From the NCBI GenBank assembly GCA_030390025.1, contig CM059432.1:79300001-79364000 (forward strand): a DNA stretch of 64,000 nt, in the 5' to 3' direction. Positions 13,090 to 26,005 of the stretch are shown piece by piece. The translations under genes and the position numbers were made by a program. The notes under the pieces were generated by a model. The model was not told the origin of the DNA. It did not search any database and saw only the letters and a program-made list of their open reading frames with translations. Origin of the DNA: Squalus acanthias (lineage: Eukaryota). Each line of letters begins with the position of its first letter. Position 1 is the first letter of the stretch.

Positions 13090-13490
13090 TCCCTTTCTTT
13101 TAAGATGCCTTGCTGTTATTATGGTTCCAAAGGCACCAGGTACCCTCCACTACCTTGCTGAAGTGGCCATTATTCATGTCTGAACCCTTACTGTGAGCAT
13201 TAGCTGGGAGATATCACAGCTAATCCTAATTGGTTCTCAACCCTCACCTAACATCCACATATGTGTACTTCCATGAGGAATTGCTAGATAGTGATAATGT
13301 AATAGTGATTTCTGCTCCATAACTCAGGCACTGAGGCCAGTTGTAGCACCTCAATTACCGTCCCAGCTGCACCGCTACTAATGCCCAGCTAAGATCAGCT
13401 AACATGACACAGGCTAAGGATTGAACTTGGGATCTTCTTGGTCTATGTGCCTCAGCTACTCACTGGACAAACTCACTGAGCCATTGGGGC
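13090..13490 (-). mobile_element. Old tRNA-derived SINE remnant; a related piece lies at about 1625-1860
   Basis: Minus strand reads tggctcagtgag...gttcaatcc (A/B-box-like); shares patches with 1625-1860. Confidence 0.4.
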
Positions 13491-13863
13491 TGTTAAAGAT
13501 TTAAAAGAACTGAACAGTTTGTTTCTAACTTTAAAACTGTTGTATTTTGGTGGCACTTAGCACCAGCAGCAGTTGTTCCGTATCCTTACTGTTTACTGAC
13601 ATGACGCCATCTCTCCAGGTGGTCTCATCACCAGTCCACAAATGTATATTTTTCTGTTTTGTACTGTACTTTCAGCATTGATTTGTTGTCCGAGGGTACA
13701 CTACATCGGTGGCAAAAGTGAAGTATTAAGGCAGCATAAAAGGGACTCAGCCTGTTTCAAACTGACTTGAACTGTTTCAAACTGCTTGAAATCAGTATAA
13801 ACAAAATTTGTTGAACCTGCTAAAGTCACAAAAATAATGACTTTTTTTATTGTTTCTGTAAAG

Positions 13864-14101
13864 ATCCACCTTTCATCAGTGACAACTTGAAGCATCTACT
13901 GTCTGTCAATATGTCTTCACCTTGGAGATTCACAGCCATTCTCGCTGACATCTTTGCTGCACAGATTGTCCCTCCAGGCACTTACAACATCCTCAAACTC
14001 AGCCTACTACTGAGTCTGGTTCAGACCTGCAATAAAGAAAAGCAGACCATGGAATACTTAGACCTTTTAGTTGTTACAAGTGATCCAGTAACAGTGGACA
14101 G
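13864..14101 (+). CDS. MCMDC2: MCMDC2 coding exon (PPFISDNLKHLLSVNMSSPWRFTAILADIFAAQIVPPGTYNILKLSLLLSLVQT...TSDPVTVDR)
   Basis: Contained in ORF 13887-14147. tgtaaag acceptor and AG|gtgcta donor. Phase matches both flanking exons; WxFTAILAxIFA and PPGTYNxLKL motifs of MCMDC2. Confidence 0.93.
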
Positions 14102-14531
14102 GTGCTATCTAAAGTTATTTAACTTTCCTTATGATCTTTTACATTAGAATGGAGACTACCAGATTTCAAGATCTCATTTAGAGGGTTTGCAGAATATTTG
14201 TATATCTCTCAGGGATTATGGGATATTAGTAATTCTATAAGTTCTGCTCTTCTGCAGATCAGTAACAATCAATATCCTGACCCCATACCTAGTGTGTTGC
14301 AGGTCTATCTCAGGACTCAGCATATCTGAGAGGAGGGCCACCTCTGTCCCAAGCCATTCATAGTCATATAGAGTAGCCATCCACATCTCAGACTTCAGTC
14401 CTTCAGCTGACATTTAGAAGAAATGTTCGAATAGGACTCAGGAAAAAAAATCTGAAAGTCACAGGGGAGTGCATAGTCGTAAGTTTACTTGACTTCTCAT
14501 ATAAAGCTCCAGAGGACTCTTGAATTAATTT

Positions 14532-15186
14532 ACATAGGAACAGGAGTAGGCCATTTAGCCCCTCGAGCCTGTTCCACCATTCAGTGAGATCATGGTTGAT
14601 CTGTGACCTAACTCTATATACCTGCCTATGACCCTTAATACCTTTGGTTAACAAAAATCTATCAATCCCAGATTTAAAATTAACAATTGATCTAGCATCA
14701 ATTGCCGTTGGCAGAAGAGAGTTCCAAACACCTACCACCCTTTGTGTGTACAAGTGTTTCCTAATTTCACTCCTGAAAGGTCTGGCTCTAATTTTTAGAC
14801 TATGCCCCCTAGTCCTAAACACCCCAACCAGCAGAAATAGTTTCTCTCTATCTACCCTATCTGTTCCCCTTAATATCTTGAAAACTTCGATCAAATCACC
14901 CCTTAACCTTCTAAATTCTAGGGAATACATCCCTAATTTGTGTAATCTCTCCTCATAATTTAACCCTTGGAGTCTGGGTATAATTCTGGTAAACCTACGC
15001 TGCACTCCCTCCAAGGCCAATATATCCTTCCTAAGATGTGGTGCCCAGAACTGCTCACAGTACTCCAGGTGTGGTCTAACCAGGGTTTTGTATAGCTGCA
15101 GCATAACTTCTACCCCTTTGTATTCTAGTCCTCTAGATATAAAGGCCAGCATTCCATTAGCCATTTTGATTATTTTCTGTACATTT
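14532..15186 (-). mobile_element. CR1 3' fragment
   Basis: ORF 14403-15296 contains LYKTLVRPHLEYC...RRLRGDLIEVFKI. Confidence 0.88.
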
Positions 15187-15199
15187 TGACATAATTTTG

Positions 15200-16449
15200 T
15201 TATGATGTTCATTATTTTTTTGTTGAAAATGTGAAATCCTGGTTTTTGAGAGGAAATGTGCAGATCTCCCTGCAGGATGGAGAAAAAAATCCTCATGGGC
15301 TTCTTGGCTGAACCACAGTCTCCTTATGCATAATTCCAAGCATATATTCAAATAAGATGTTCTGATCTATGCTCACTGGTGGCTGGGTATCTGTGAACAA
15401 GTTCATCAGATCAGATAGACTTTCACTAACATAAGATCAAATTATAGTTATACAACAAATGTAATAACCTGGATGCTCCACATAAATTAAATCTATAACC
15501 CTTCAGGACGCTCATCATTAAAAGTAAAAGTCCCCTGACGGTCCCAAACATCTTTTTCAGTTCCACTGCAAGTTTACGTTTTCAAAGCAAAAACTCCTGA
15601 ACATCATAACAATACTTTGGACAACAAAAAACATATGATGGTCCTGGAACCTTGTATCTGAGAAGTCAATTAGACTCATTTCCTGTGATGCTGCCACTTG
15701 AGCCTGGCCTCACAGCTCCTCTGTTCCTCCGCCTTCTCCTCCAACGTATCATAAACAGGGCAATCCCCATTGGGAAACCCGTAGAGAATGTTTTAGTGAA
15801 ATTCCCTCCAAAAAAAGAGTCACAACTTCCAAATGAAACTAAGGGCCTCAAAAAGAAAGTGCGAAAAACATTTTCCAAAAAAACCCTACTCCAAAGTACT
15901 GACTATAGAGGGTTTAAATTTAACATCATTGCGCACATTTTATGGGTCTAAACGATAACCAATTTAGCAGGGCAGAGGCCTGTGCCCGATCAGCACGGGT
16001 TTTTGGGCCACTGCTAAATTGATGGTCCTGGCAGCCACCGGAAATGAGCACAGGCCTCTTTTCAATATTGGTTTGCCCTAGACTGGATTTGAGAGGCCGC
16101 TCAAAAAAGGCCCAAAAACTTTGAAGATGTTTGTATTTTGTGAAGTCGGGAGGAGTAGGAGTGCTCCTCCTAGCTCCAGAAAACAACTGCAGAATGGTTC
16201 CGGTCCCCTGACGCTCTCGCCCCCCTCCCAGACGCCACTCCTCCAATCCAGATTTACCTCTGGGCCTCACTGCAGGGCGAAATTGGTAAGGCCCCCACAG
16301 GCGAGCTGCATGGGGGCGCCTGATTGGTGCCCGCAGCTCACCTAATTAATTCTGGCGAGTCTCGAGGAAGACTTTAGTTCGGTCCTTTGGCCTCTCTGTT
16401 CCGGCCACTGGAATTTTACCTGGTTTGGGACACTAAGCAATTTAGTCCC
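15200..16449. mobile_element. Degenerate Harbinger-derived sequence
   Basis: Minus strand LCIRRLWFSQE..ILQGDL resembles a Harbinger transposase N-terminus; TIR-like ends near 15910 and 16449. Confidence 0.4.
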
Positions 16450-16720
16450 TTATATATCATTACAATGAAACATTGCAGTTCACCATTAAGAATTCAGCCT
16501 TCCTCGGCTACTGACTTAGGTACTTTTGTTTAATAGTGGCATATCTTAAATTGGTGGTTCCTAGGGCAGAACTAATGAAATCTAAGACGGATGATGTAAC
16601 TGAGTACGAAACCCTTCATTTGCATGATGGCAGCATTCTTGCTAAGCCCTCCAGCCCTCGCTTCTGGCACAATTTACGGTGGAACTTGACTTTATAGAGT
16701 GATTTTCATAAGAACATAAG

Positions 16721-17464
16721 GGGCCGAAACTTGATCCCGGGACGCGAGAGTACGCACTGCATACTCTCGCGTATTCCCACTCCAATTGCCGGTTTTCTGC
16801 ATGCCCTGCGCATGCGCTGAAAACCGGCAATTGCTCTTCCGAAAAGGGGGCGGGGCCGGAGTGCATCGCGTGCGCGCTACAGGCTGCGCGCACGCTGTGC
16901 ACTTCATGCTTTGGACGCGCAGGTAAGAAGGGAAGATTTTGGAAATGTAAAAAGGAGGAGTAAGACCCGCTTTTAAGAAGGTAAGTAGTGAATTAAGTAT
17001 TTTTTTGAATTTTTTTTTACAGGTATATCTTTTTTATAGACTTTAAAGACAGGTAAGTTTATTTTTATAACTTTTTAAAAGATTTTAAATTTTTTCAAAA
17101 ATTTAATTTTTTATTTAAAATGGTTAATTTAATTAACTATACTTATTTTATTAATGTGATGGGTTTTTTTTTAAATTTAATTGAGGTTTAGCTGTTATTT
17201 TGGGGGGGTGTAAGATTCATAAGTCTCTCAGCCATGCTGTGAGACTTATGAATGGAAGATGGTGTGCTGCCATTGGCTCTAACTGAGTCACGTGATCCCA
17301 CAGCTCGCACGAATTAACTACGCCGCTGGGATACGCAAGCCCAGCACAGCTGATGTCTGGAACATCAATTTCGTGCGAGCTGGATCAGAAAAAGCATAAG
17401 CGAGGTGAGACATCGCGGGAAAGGCTTACCCCCGCGGGAACAGAGCGAGATCAATTTCTGGGCC
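16721..17464. mobile_element. Harbinger-like MITE inserted in a CR1 tail
   Basis: Imperfect TIRs gggccgaaacttgatc / gatcaatttctgggcc and AAG/AAG TSD. Confidence 0.75.
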
Positions 17465-19172
17465 AAGAAATAGGAGCAGGAGTAGGCCAAAAGGCTGCTC
17501 GAGCCTGCTCCAGCATTCAATAAAATCATGGATGATCTTCAACCTCAACTCCACTTTCCGCCCTATCCCCATATCCCTTGATTCCCTTAGTGTCCAAAAA
17601 TCTAGCAATCACAGCCTTGAATATACTCAAAGACTCAGCATCCACAGCCCTCTGGGGCAGAGAATTCCAAAGATTCACAACCCTCTGAGTGAAGAAATTC
17701 CTCCTCATCTTGGTCTTAAATAGCCTACCCCTTATTCTGAGACTATGCCCCCTAGTTCTAGACACTCCCGCCAGGGGAAACAACCTCCAGAGAGTATAGG
17801 CTCAATCTCTCCTCATAGGACAACCCTCTCACCCAGGAATCAATCTAGTGAACCTTTGTTACTCCCCCTCTAAGGCAAGTATATCCTTCCTTAGGTAAGG
17901 AGACTGAAACTATACATAGTACTCCAGGTGTGGTCTCACCAAAGTCCGATATAATTGCAGCAAGACTTCTTTACTTTTGTACTTCAACCCCCTTGTAATA
18001 ACATACCATTTGCTTTCCTAATTGCTTGCTGTACCTGCATGTTAACTTCCTGTGATTTGTGTACAAGGACACCCAAATCTCTCTGCATACCAACATTTAC
18101 TAGTCTTTCACCTTTTAAAAAATATTCTGCTTTTCTATTCTTCCTACCAAAGTGGATAATTTCACATTTCCCCATGTTATATTCAATCTGCCATCTTCTT
18201 GCCCACTCACTTAACCTGTCTATATTCCTTTGCAGCCTCTTTGCGTCCTCCTCACAGCTTACTTTCCCACCTAGCTTTGTGTCGTCAACAAACTTGAATA
18301 CATTAAACTCGGTCCCCTCATCTAAGTCATTGATATAGATTGTAAATAACTGAGGCCCAAGCACTATCTGCCAACCTGAAAATGACCTGTTTTTATATTT
18401 CTTACTAGTTTACTCTGATATTCTAGGCCTAGAAATTCGCGTGGCCGGCTTGCCGCGGGGGTAAGGATCGCGCGCGCTCTTACCCACCACGCCTGCCGTT
18501 GTGTTTTGGGCCCACAGGAACTTCGGGTCCCGGGCCTCTCCCAAGAGCCGGCGCTCAGTGCTTGTGTGTTCCAGGGGCGCAGTTAGTGCGATGCGACCCC
18601 TGGGATCACGTGGGCCATGGAGAGCCAATGGCAGCAGACCATCTTTCATTCATAGATTTGACAGGAGACCTGTCAAATCTGTGAATTGAAATCGGCCCCA
18701 AAAGAACACCTAAACCTCAAATACATTTTTTTTTAAAACCATCACATTTATAAAATAACTATAGTTAAATAAATTAACCACTTTAAACAAAAATTTTAAT
18801 TTTTGAAAAAATTTAAATACTTTTTAAAAGTTATAAAAATAAACTTACCTTTCTTTAAAGTATCTAAAAAAAGTTGAAACCTGAAAAAAAATCTAAGTGT
18901 GCTGCGTGCGCGCAGCCTTTAGCGCGCACGCGGTTCACCTAGGAACCGCCCCCTTCACCATACCGGAAGTTCCGGTTTCCCGCGCATGCGCAGTGCATGC
19001 AGGAAACCGGCACTTCGGGAATGAATATGGGTGAGTACGCACTGAGTACTCACCCGAGAACGGCCGAATTTTTGGGCCATTCTATTTTCTCCCTCTTTAT
19101 CAATTTTTTGGTCAGCCTTTGCTGATTTCTAAAACCCTCTCAATCCTCAGGCTTACTACTCTTGTTGGCAAC
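17465..19172 (-). mobile_element. Deleted CR1 copy, interrupted by the MITE at 18426-19078
   Basis: ORFs 17526-17783 and 17984-18364 ([15 protein letters not shown]). Confidence 0.85.
18426..19078. mobile_element. Harbinger-like MITE, related to 7233-7989
   Basis: TIRs ggcctagaaattc / gaatttttgggcc; shares the gggatcacgtgggccatgg..agccaat block. Confidence 0.78.
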
Positions 19173-22100
19173 ATGGACACTTTGACCCAGGAGCCAGTCA
19201 CACCCCTTAGGTTAGGTAGTGGTACAGGTCTGGTTAGTGGTCAGGGACAGGACGGTGTGACTGCAACTCAGGCAGGTAAGGGGACCCCAGGTGCAGTGCT
19301 GGTGGAGCCTCAGCCTTTTCCCTTGTCCCAACAAGTATGAGGTTCTTGCTGCCTGTGTGGATGAGGGAAAAGCCTGCAGGATGGATGAGCAAGCTGACCA
19401 TGGTGCAGGAGGCCATTCAAGTGGGGTGAGTGAAAGGGAATGTAGTTGTGGTAGGGGACAGTATAGTCAGGGGGATAGATACTGTTCCCTGCAGCTGCGA
19501 CCGAGAGTTCCGAAGGTTGTGTGGGTTTAAATTTAAAAGCAGCGAGAGAAATGTCAAGGCTCTAGAACAGAGTAGAGCTTTGGGTAAAAATAAGCAGAGT
19601 GGGTCAGGAAGGGACAGAGAGAGTAACAAAGGTAATAAGGCATCAAGAATTGGAATCAGTTTGGGTGGAGCTAAGAAACAGCAAGGGGCAGAAAACATTG
19701 GTGGGAGTTGTTTATAGGCCCCCAAAACAATAATTGTAATGTAGGGCAGAGTATAAATCAGGAAATTAGAGGCGCATGTAACAAGGGTAATACAGTAATC
19801 ATGGGGGACTTTAATCTACATATAGACTGCGCAAACTAAATTTGCAGTAATAGTGTGGAGGACGAATTCAGGGAATGTATGCAAGATAGTTTTCTAGATC
19901 AGTATGTTGAGGAACCAACTAGGGAACAGGCTATTTTAGATCTAGTATTGTGCAACGAGAAAGGGTTAATTAATAACCTTGTAGTAAAGGGGCCTTTAGC
20001 GAAGAGTGACCATAATATGATAGAATTTTATATTGAGTTTGAAAGTGATTTAGTTAAATACGAAACTAGGGTCTTAAATCTAAACAAAGCAAACTACGTA
20101 GGTATGAGAGGCGAGTTGGCTAAGGTAGATTGGGAAACTACATTAAAAGGTATGGTGGAGAAGCAATGGCTAGCATTTAAAGAATTAATACATAATTTAC
20201 AACAAATATACATTCCTTTAAGGCACAAAAACCCCACAGGAAAAGTGGTCCAACTGTGGCTAACAAGAGAAGTTAAAGATAGTATTAGATCAAAGGAAGA
20301 GGCTTATAATGTTGCCAAAAAGAGTAGTAAGCCTGAGGATTGGGAGGATTTTAGAATTCAGCAAAGGAGGACCAAGAAATTGATAAAGAAAGGGAAAATA
20401 GAATATGAGAGTAAACTAGTGAGAGACATAAAAACAGACTGTAAAAGCTTCTCTAGGTATGTAAACAGGAAAAGATTAGCGAAAGTAAATGTGGGTCCCT
20501 TACAGGCTGAGACAGGAGAAATTAAAATGGGAAATAAAGAAATGGCAGAGAAATTAAACAAATACTATGGCCGCGATTTTGCCGGTGCTCAGAGGGCGGG
20601 TTTGGAGGCGGGTCAGCTGTTAAATTTAAAATGATTCATGGCAGGTTGTCAACCAACCGCGATCCCGCCTCCGTGTGATTTTCCAGAGTGTCGGGTCGTC
20701 GATCTCAGAACAGACCCGACACCAAGCGGCGGGTGAGGGATTTAAGACACTTAACTCCTTGTTAAGTGCTTGTTAATTGCTATTTGGACAGCCTTTTCCT
20801 ATTTTCCCACATTTTAAACGGGTTTCACAACGTTTGGAGATCACGTCAGGTAAGTATGTCAGGAGTAGCAGCGAGCTGCATAGTTCACAGCTGCAACTGC
20901 AGTATAAAACGTGAACTCTCACATCTGTTCACTTTCAAATGTCAGAGGTGTCTGATTTCAGGATTTGGATGGCACATTTGATCTGTCTGGAGGCTGTAAA
21001 TGTGTGGTGTTAACTCTGTATGCACTGTCACCTCCTTGGAGCAAGCTCTCTCATCATTGACATCGCTTCTGCCATCTCAACTTCAGCTGCCATCTATTCC
21101 AGCAACATCAGTGCCCTTGAAAAAATCTCACCTTGGTCCAAGATCAGCCCCAACACCAACATCACCAGGCATACCAACAACAACACCTACCTTCTGCACA
21201 ATCACCTGATGCTGCACAGGACATAGGGCATCAGCACCCGACCACATTGCTGCCCAGGAGGCCAGCGATGGCATCACCATGGCCAGATTTTCTTCACTGG
21301 ATGCTGAACATGCTGGCTGCCACATGATGCGCCAGGTTAACTCCACCCCACACCGGCACCATAAGACATTCCTACAATGACCAAGCCATTCCTTTCACAC
21401 TCATCACCATTGCGGGGCATAGCGTTGTGTCTAACCATTCACTACAACTCACAAAGACACTGACAAAGGTGAACACAGATCTGTACAATAAGGCAAAGTG
21501 TAGAAAATAAACATTTCAATTTTTGACAACACATTAACAGAAAATTTACATGAACATTGCGTAACACACCCAAGTGCCTACCCTTGTGTGTTGTTAGTTG
21601 GTATGATTGGGCTAGGATGAGGGGAGTGTGAGGGGTGGCTAGTGAGATGGGGAAGTGATAATGTAGATATAGAGGGATGGGTGGAGGTGCAAGGTAAGTT
21701 GGTGTGAGTAAGGATGTGCAGGAGTAGGGTAGGGAAGGCCAAGTGATAGGTATGTGATGAGTGGCACAGCAGGAAGAGGTTGAGTATGGCTTTGCAGTAA
21801 CATTTCGTAATCTACTGAGATCATTGAAAGGTTTGCGCCACTGCAGCCAGGGACTCCTGACAATATCCCTGCTTTTGCCCTCTTGTGCAATGTGCAACCA
21901 GGTTGCGTTGGTATCCTGGGGAGGTTTCTTTTGCCCATGGGAAGGGAAGAGAAAGAGATCCTCCCTGCATGCTGTGACTCCCTCCATAAGCATATGGAGG
22001 GAGTCATGCGTGAGATTGGGTGCAGCCGTGCACCTTTGTGCAGTACTTGTCAGTGTTTGCACCACCTCAATGCTGCAGAACACTGACAGCACAATTGTCA

Positions 22101-24020
22101 AAATCAGTGGGGCCATGGTCCCTTTAAGGAAACCGGCTGATGATGTCATCAGACCCGCTTCCTATTAATTGGCCGGGAACTCCACAGGGCGGGCTTAACA
22201 AGGGCAATCTACGGAAAATCATTTTCAGAGAGCGGCTGCAGACGGGAGCAGGGCCGGAACCCGCCAACCAGCTTTCCCGTCGCCTCTGTGGGGAAAATCC
22301 TGCCCTTTGTGTCTGTCTTCACGGAAGAAGACGCAAAAAACTTCCCGGAAATAGTGGAGAACCAAGCGTCTAGTGAGAATGAGGAACTGAAATTAGTATT
22401 GGTAAAAAAATAGTACTGGAGAAATTAATGGGACTGAAAGCCGATAAATTCCCTGGACCTGATGGCCTACATCCTCGGGTTTTGAAAGAGGTGGCTATAG
22501 AGATAGTAGATGCATTGGTTGTCATTTTCCAAAATTCCATAGATTCTAGAACGGTTCCCGTGGATTGGAAGGTAGCAAATGTAACCCCACTATTTAAGAA
22601 ACGAGGGAGAGAGAAAACGAGGAACTACAGACCAGTTAGCCTGACATCAGTAGTAGGGAAAATGCTAGAATCTATTATTAAGGACGTGGTAACAGGGCAC
22701 TTAGAAATTAATAATAGGATTGGGCAGAGTCAACACAGATTTATGAAAGGGAAATCGTGTTTGACGAATCTGTTAGAGCTTTTTGAGATTGTAACGAGCA
22801 GAATAGATAAGGGGGAACCAGTGGATGTGGTGTATTGGGATTTTCAGAAGGCATTCGATAAGGTGCCACATAAGAGGTTATTAAACAAAATTCAGGCTCA
22901 TGGGATTGGGGGTAATATATTTGCATGGATTGAGGATTGGTTACTGGACAGAAAACAGAGAGTAGGAATAAACGGGTAATTTTTGGGTTGGCAGGCTGTA
23001 ACTAGTGGGGTACCCCAAGGATCAGTGTTTGGGCCTCAGCTATTCACAATCTATATCAATGATTTGGATGAGGGGACCAAATGTAATATATCCAAGTTTG
23101 CTGATGATACAAAGCTGGGTGGGAATGTAAGTTGTGAGGAGGATGCAAAGAGGCTTCAAGGGGATAGAGACAAGCTAAGTGAGTGGGCAAGAACATGACA
23201 AATGGAATATAATGTGGAGAAATGTGAAGTTATCCACTTTGGTAGGACAAATAGAAAAGCAGTGTATTTTTTAAATGGTGAGAGATTGGGAAATGTTGGT
23301 GTTCAGAGAGACCTGGGTGTCCTTGTACATGAATCACTGAAAGTTAACATGCAGGTACAGCAAGCAATTCGGAAAGCAAATGGTATGTTGGCCTTTATTA
23401 CAAGAGGATTTGAGTATAAGAGTAAAGATGTCTTACTGCAATTATATAGAGCCCTGGTGAGACCACACTTGGAGTATTGTGTACAGTTTTGGTCTCCTTA
23501 CCTAAGGAAGGATATACTTGCCATATAGGGAGTGCAACGGAGGTTCACCAGACTGATTCCTGGGATGGGGGGGATTGTCCTATGAGGACAGATTGAGTAG
23601 ACTAGGCCTATATTCTCTAGAGTTTAGAAGAATGAGAGGTGATCTCATTGGAACATACAAAATTCTTACAGGGCTTGACAGGGTAGATGCAGAGAGGATG
23701 TTTCCCTTGGCTGGGGAGTCTAGAACCAGGGGTCGCAGTCTCAGAATAAGGTGTCGGCCATTTAGGACTGAGATGAGGAGACATTTCTTCACTCAGAGGA
23801 TGGTGAATCTTTGGAATTCTCTACCCCAGAGGGCTGTGGAGGCTCAGTCACTGAGTATATTCAAGACAGAGATCGATAGATTTTTGGGTATTAAGGGAAT
23901 CAAGGGATATGGGGATAGTGCAGGAAAGTGGTGTTGAGGTAGAAGATCAGCCATGATCTTATTGAATGGCAGAGCAGGCTCGAGGGGCCAAATGGCCTAC
24001 TCCTGCTCCTATTTCTTATG
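19173..24020 (+). mobile_element. Long decayed CR1 LINE (ORF1 esterase remnant plus ORF2), interrupted by a Harbinger element
   Basis: VVVGDSIVRG (SGNH esterase of CR1 ORF1) at about 19440; endonuclease and RT ORFs 19855-20634 and 22428-23937; ttcttatg tail. Confidence 0.9.
20569..22305 (-). mobile_element. Non-autonomous Harbinger element with a decayed Myb/SANT exon
   Basis: TIRs ggccgcgatttt / aaaatcctgccc; host CR1 resumes on both sides; TWLHIAQE...WLQWRKPFNDL in ORF 21442-22149. Confidence 0.82.
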
Positions 24021-24029
24021 TAACATAGT

Positions 24030-26005
24030 AAGCTTCTTTTAATCTAATACTATCCTTAACTTCTCTAGTTAGACACGGTTGGATCACTTTTCCCATGGAG
24101 TTTTTATTCCTCAAGAGAATGTATATTTGTTGAGAATTATGAATTATTTCTTTAAATGTTTGCCTTTGCTTATCTACCATCATATCTTTTAATCTAATTT
24201 TAAATCTACCTTAGCCAGTCGTCTCTCATACCTATGTAATTGGTTTTGTTTAAATTTAAGACCCTAGTTTTGGATTGAACTACATTAGTCTCAAAGTCAA
24301 TATGAAATTCTATCATATTATGATCACTCTTCCACAGAGGATCCTTTACTATAAGATTACTAATTAACCCTGTCTCATTACATAATACTAGTTCTAAAAT
24401 AGCCTGTTCCATAGTTGGTTCCTTGAGATATTCTAGAAAACTGTCTTGAATGCATTCCACGAACTCATCCTCCTAACTATTTTTGCCAATTTAGTTTGTC
24501 TAATCTATAAGAAGATTAAAGTCCTCCCATAATTATTGAATTACCCTTGTTGCATGCTCCTCTAATTTCCTGATTTATACACTGTCCAACACCATAACTA
24601 TTGTTCGGTGGTCAATAAACTACTCCAACCAGTGTTTTCTGCCCTTTGTTATTTCTTAGCTCCACCCATACTGATACTACATCCTGATTTTCTGGGCTAA
24701 GATCCTTTATCACTACTGTCTTTATCTCATCCTTTATTATCAGGGCTATTTCTCTCCTTTTCCATTTTGCCTATCTTTTCTAAAAGTCAAGTACCCTGGA
24801 ATATTTAGTCCCGAACCTTGGTCACCCTGCAACCATGTCTCAGTAGTGGCTATTAGTTCAAACCCATTTATGTTATTAATTCATCTACCTTGTTGTAAAT
24901 GCTTTGTGTATTCAGATATAGCGCCTTTAATTTTAACTTTTTACTATTTTTCCCTGATGTGACCTTAGTCACTAATGCCCTATTACCTTTGTTAAATTCT
25001 CTGTCCCTAACACACTCAGCTTGATTTTACCCAAATCACTACTGCGACCTACAGCCTTGACTTTTCTCGTCAGACTTAAAAATTTACCCTTACCTGAATC
25101 CCACCACCCCCCAGCCCCCCCATTAGTTTAAAGTGCTATATACCACCCTAGTTATTTGAATCACCAGGACACTGGTCCCAGCCTGGATTAAGTGGAGTTC
25201 ACCCCAACAGAATATCTCCCTCTTTCCCCAGTATTGGTGCCAGTGCCCAATGAATTGAAACCCCTGCTTCCCACACCACTCTTTCAGCCATGCATTTAAC
25301 CTTCTAATCTGTGTGCCCCATGCAAATTTGCATGTGGCTCAGGTGGTAATACAGAGATTATTGCCTTTGAGGTTCTACTTTTTAATTTGGACCCTAGCTC
25401 CTCAACTCCCTCAGCAGAACCTCATTCCTAGTTCTACCCTATGTTGTTGGTTCCTATGTGGACTGGGTACAGTAGCATAGTGGTTATGTTACTGGACTAG
25501 TAAGCCAGAGGCCTGGACTAATGACCTGGGGAACATGAGTTCAAATCCCACCACGGCAGCTGGAGAATTTAAATTCAGTTAATTAAATTTAAAAAATACC
25601 TGGAATAGTAAGCTAGTGTCAGTAATGGTGACCATGAAACGACTGGATTGTTGTAAAAACCCATCTGGTTCACTGATGTCCTTTAGGGAAGGAAATCTGC
25701 TGCCCTTACCTGGTCTGGCCTATATATGACTCTAGACCCACAGCAATGTGGTTGACTCTTAACTACCCTCTGAAATGGCCTAGCAAGTCACTCAGTTGTA
25801 TAAGGTGGCTCACCACCACCTTCTCGAGGGCAATAAATTCTGCCCTTGCCAGCGATGCCCACATCCCATGAACAAATAAAAAAAAACTGGATCCTCCTGC
25901 TCCAAGTTCTTCTCCAGCCGCAAGGAGATGTCCTTAACCCTGGCACTGGGCCAGCAACATAGCCTTCGGGTCTACCGGTCACAGCTGCAGAGAACAGTAT
26001 CTATT
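24030..26005 (-). mobile_element. CR1 5' part (ORF1 and endonuclease remnants), interrupted by a SINE
   Basis: ORF 24206-24460 (ILELVLCNE...KSDHNMIEF) matches the + copy at 19855. Confidence 0.75.
25465..25886 (+). mobile_element. tRNA-derived SINE with a LINE-derived tail
   Basis: A-box-like tagcatagtgg and B-box-like gagttcaaatccc; tail matches the 3' end of the LINE at 58226-60540; A-rich end. Confidence 0.8.

Noticed and set aside
25465..25560. tRNA gene (also near 28530-28600)
   Set aside because: These are SINE heads with A/B boxes but no complete cloverleaf, and they continue into SINE bodies.
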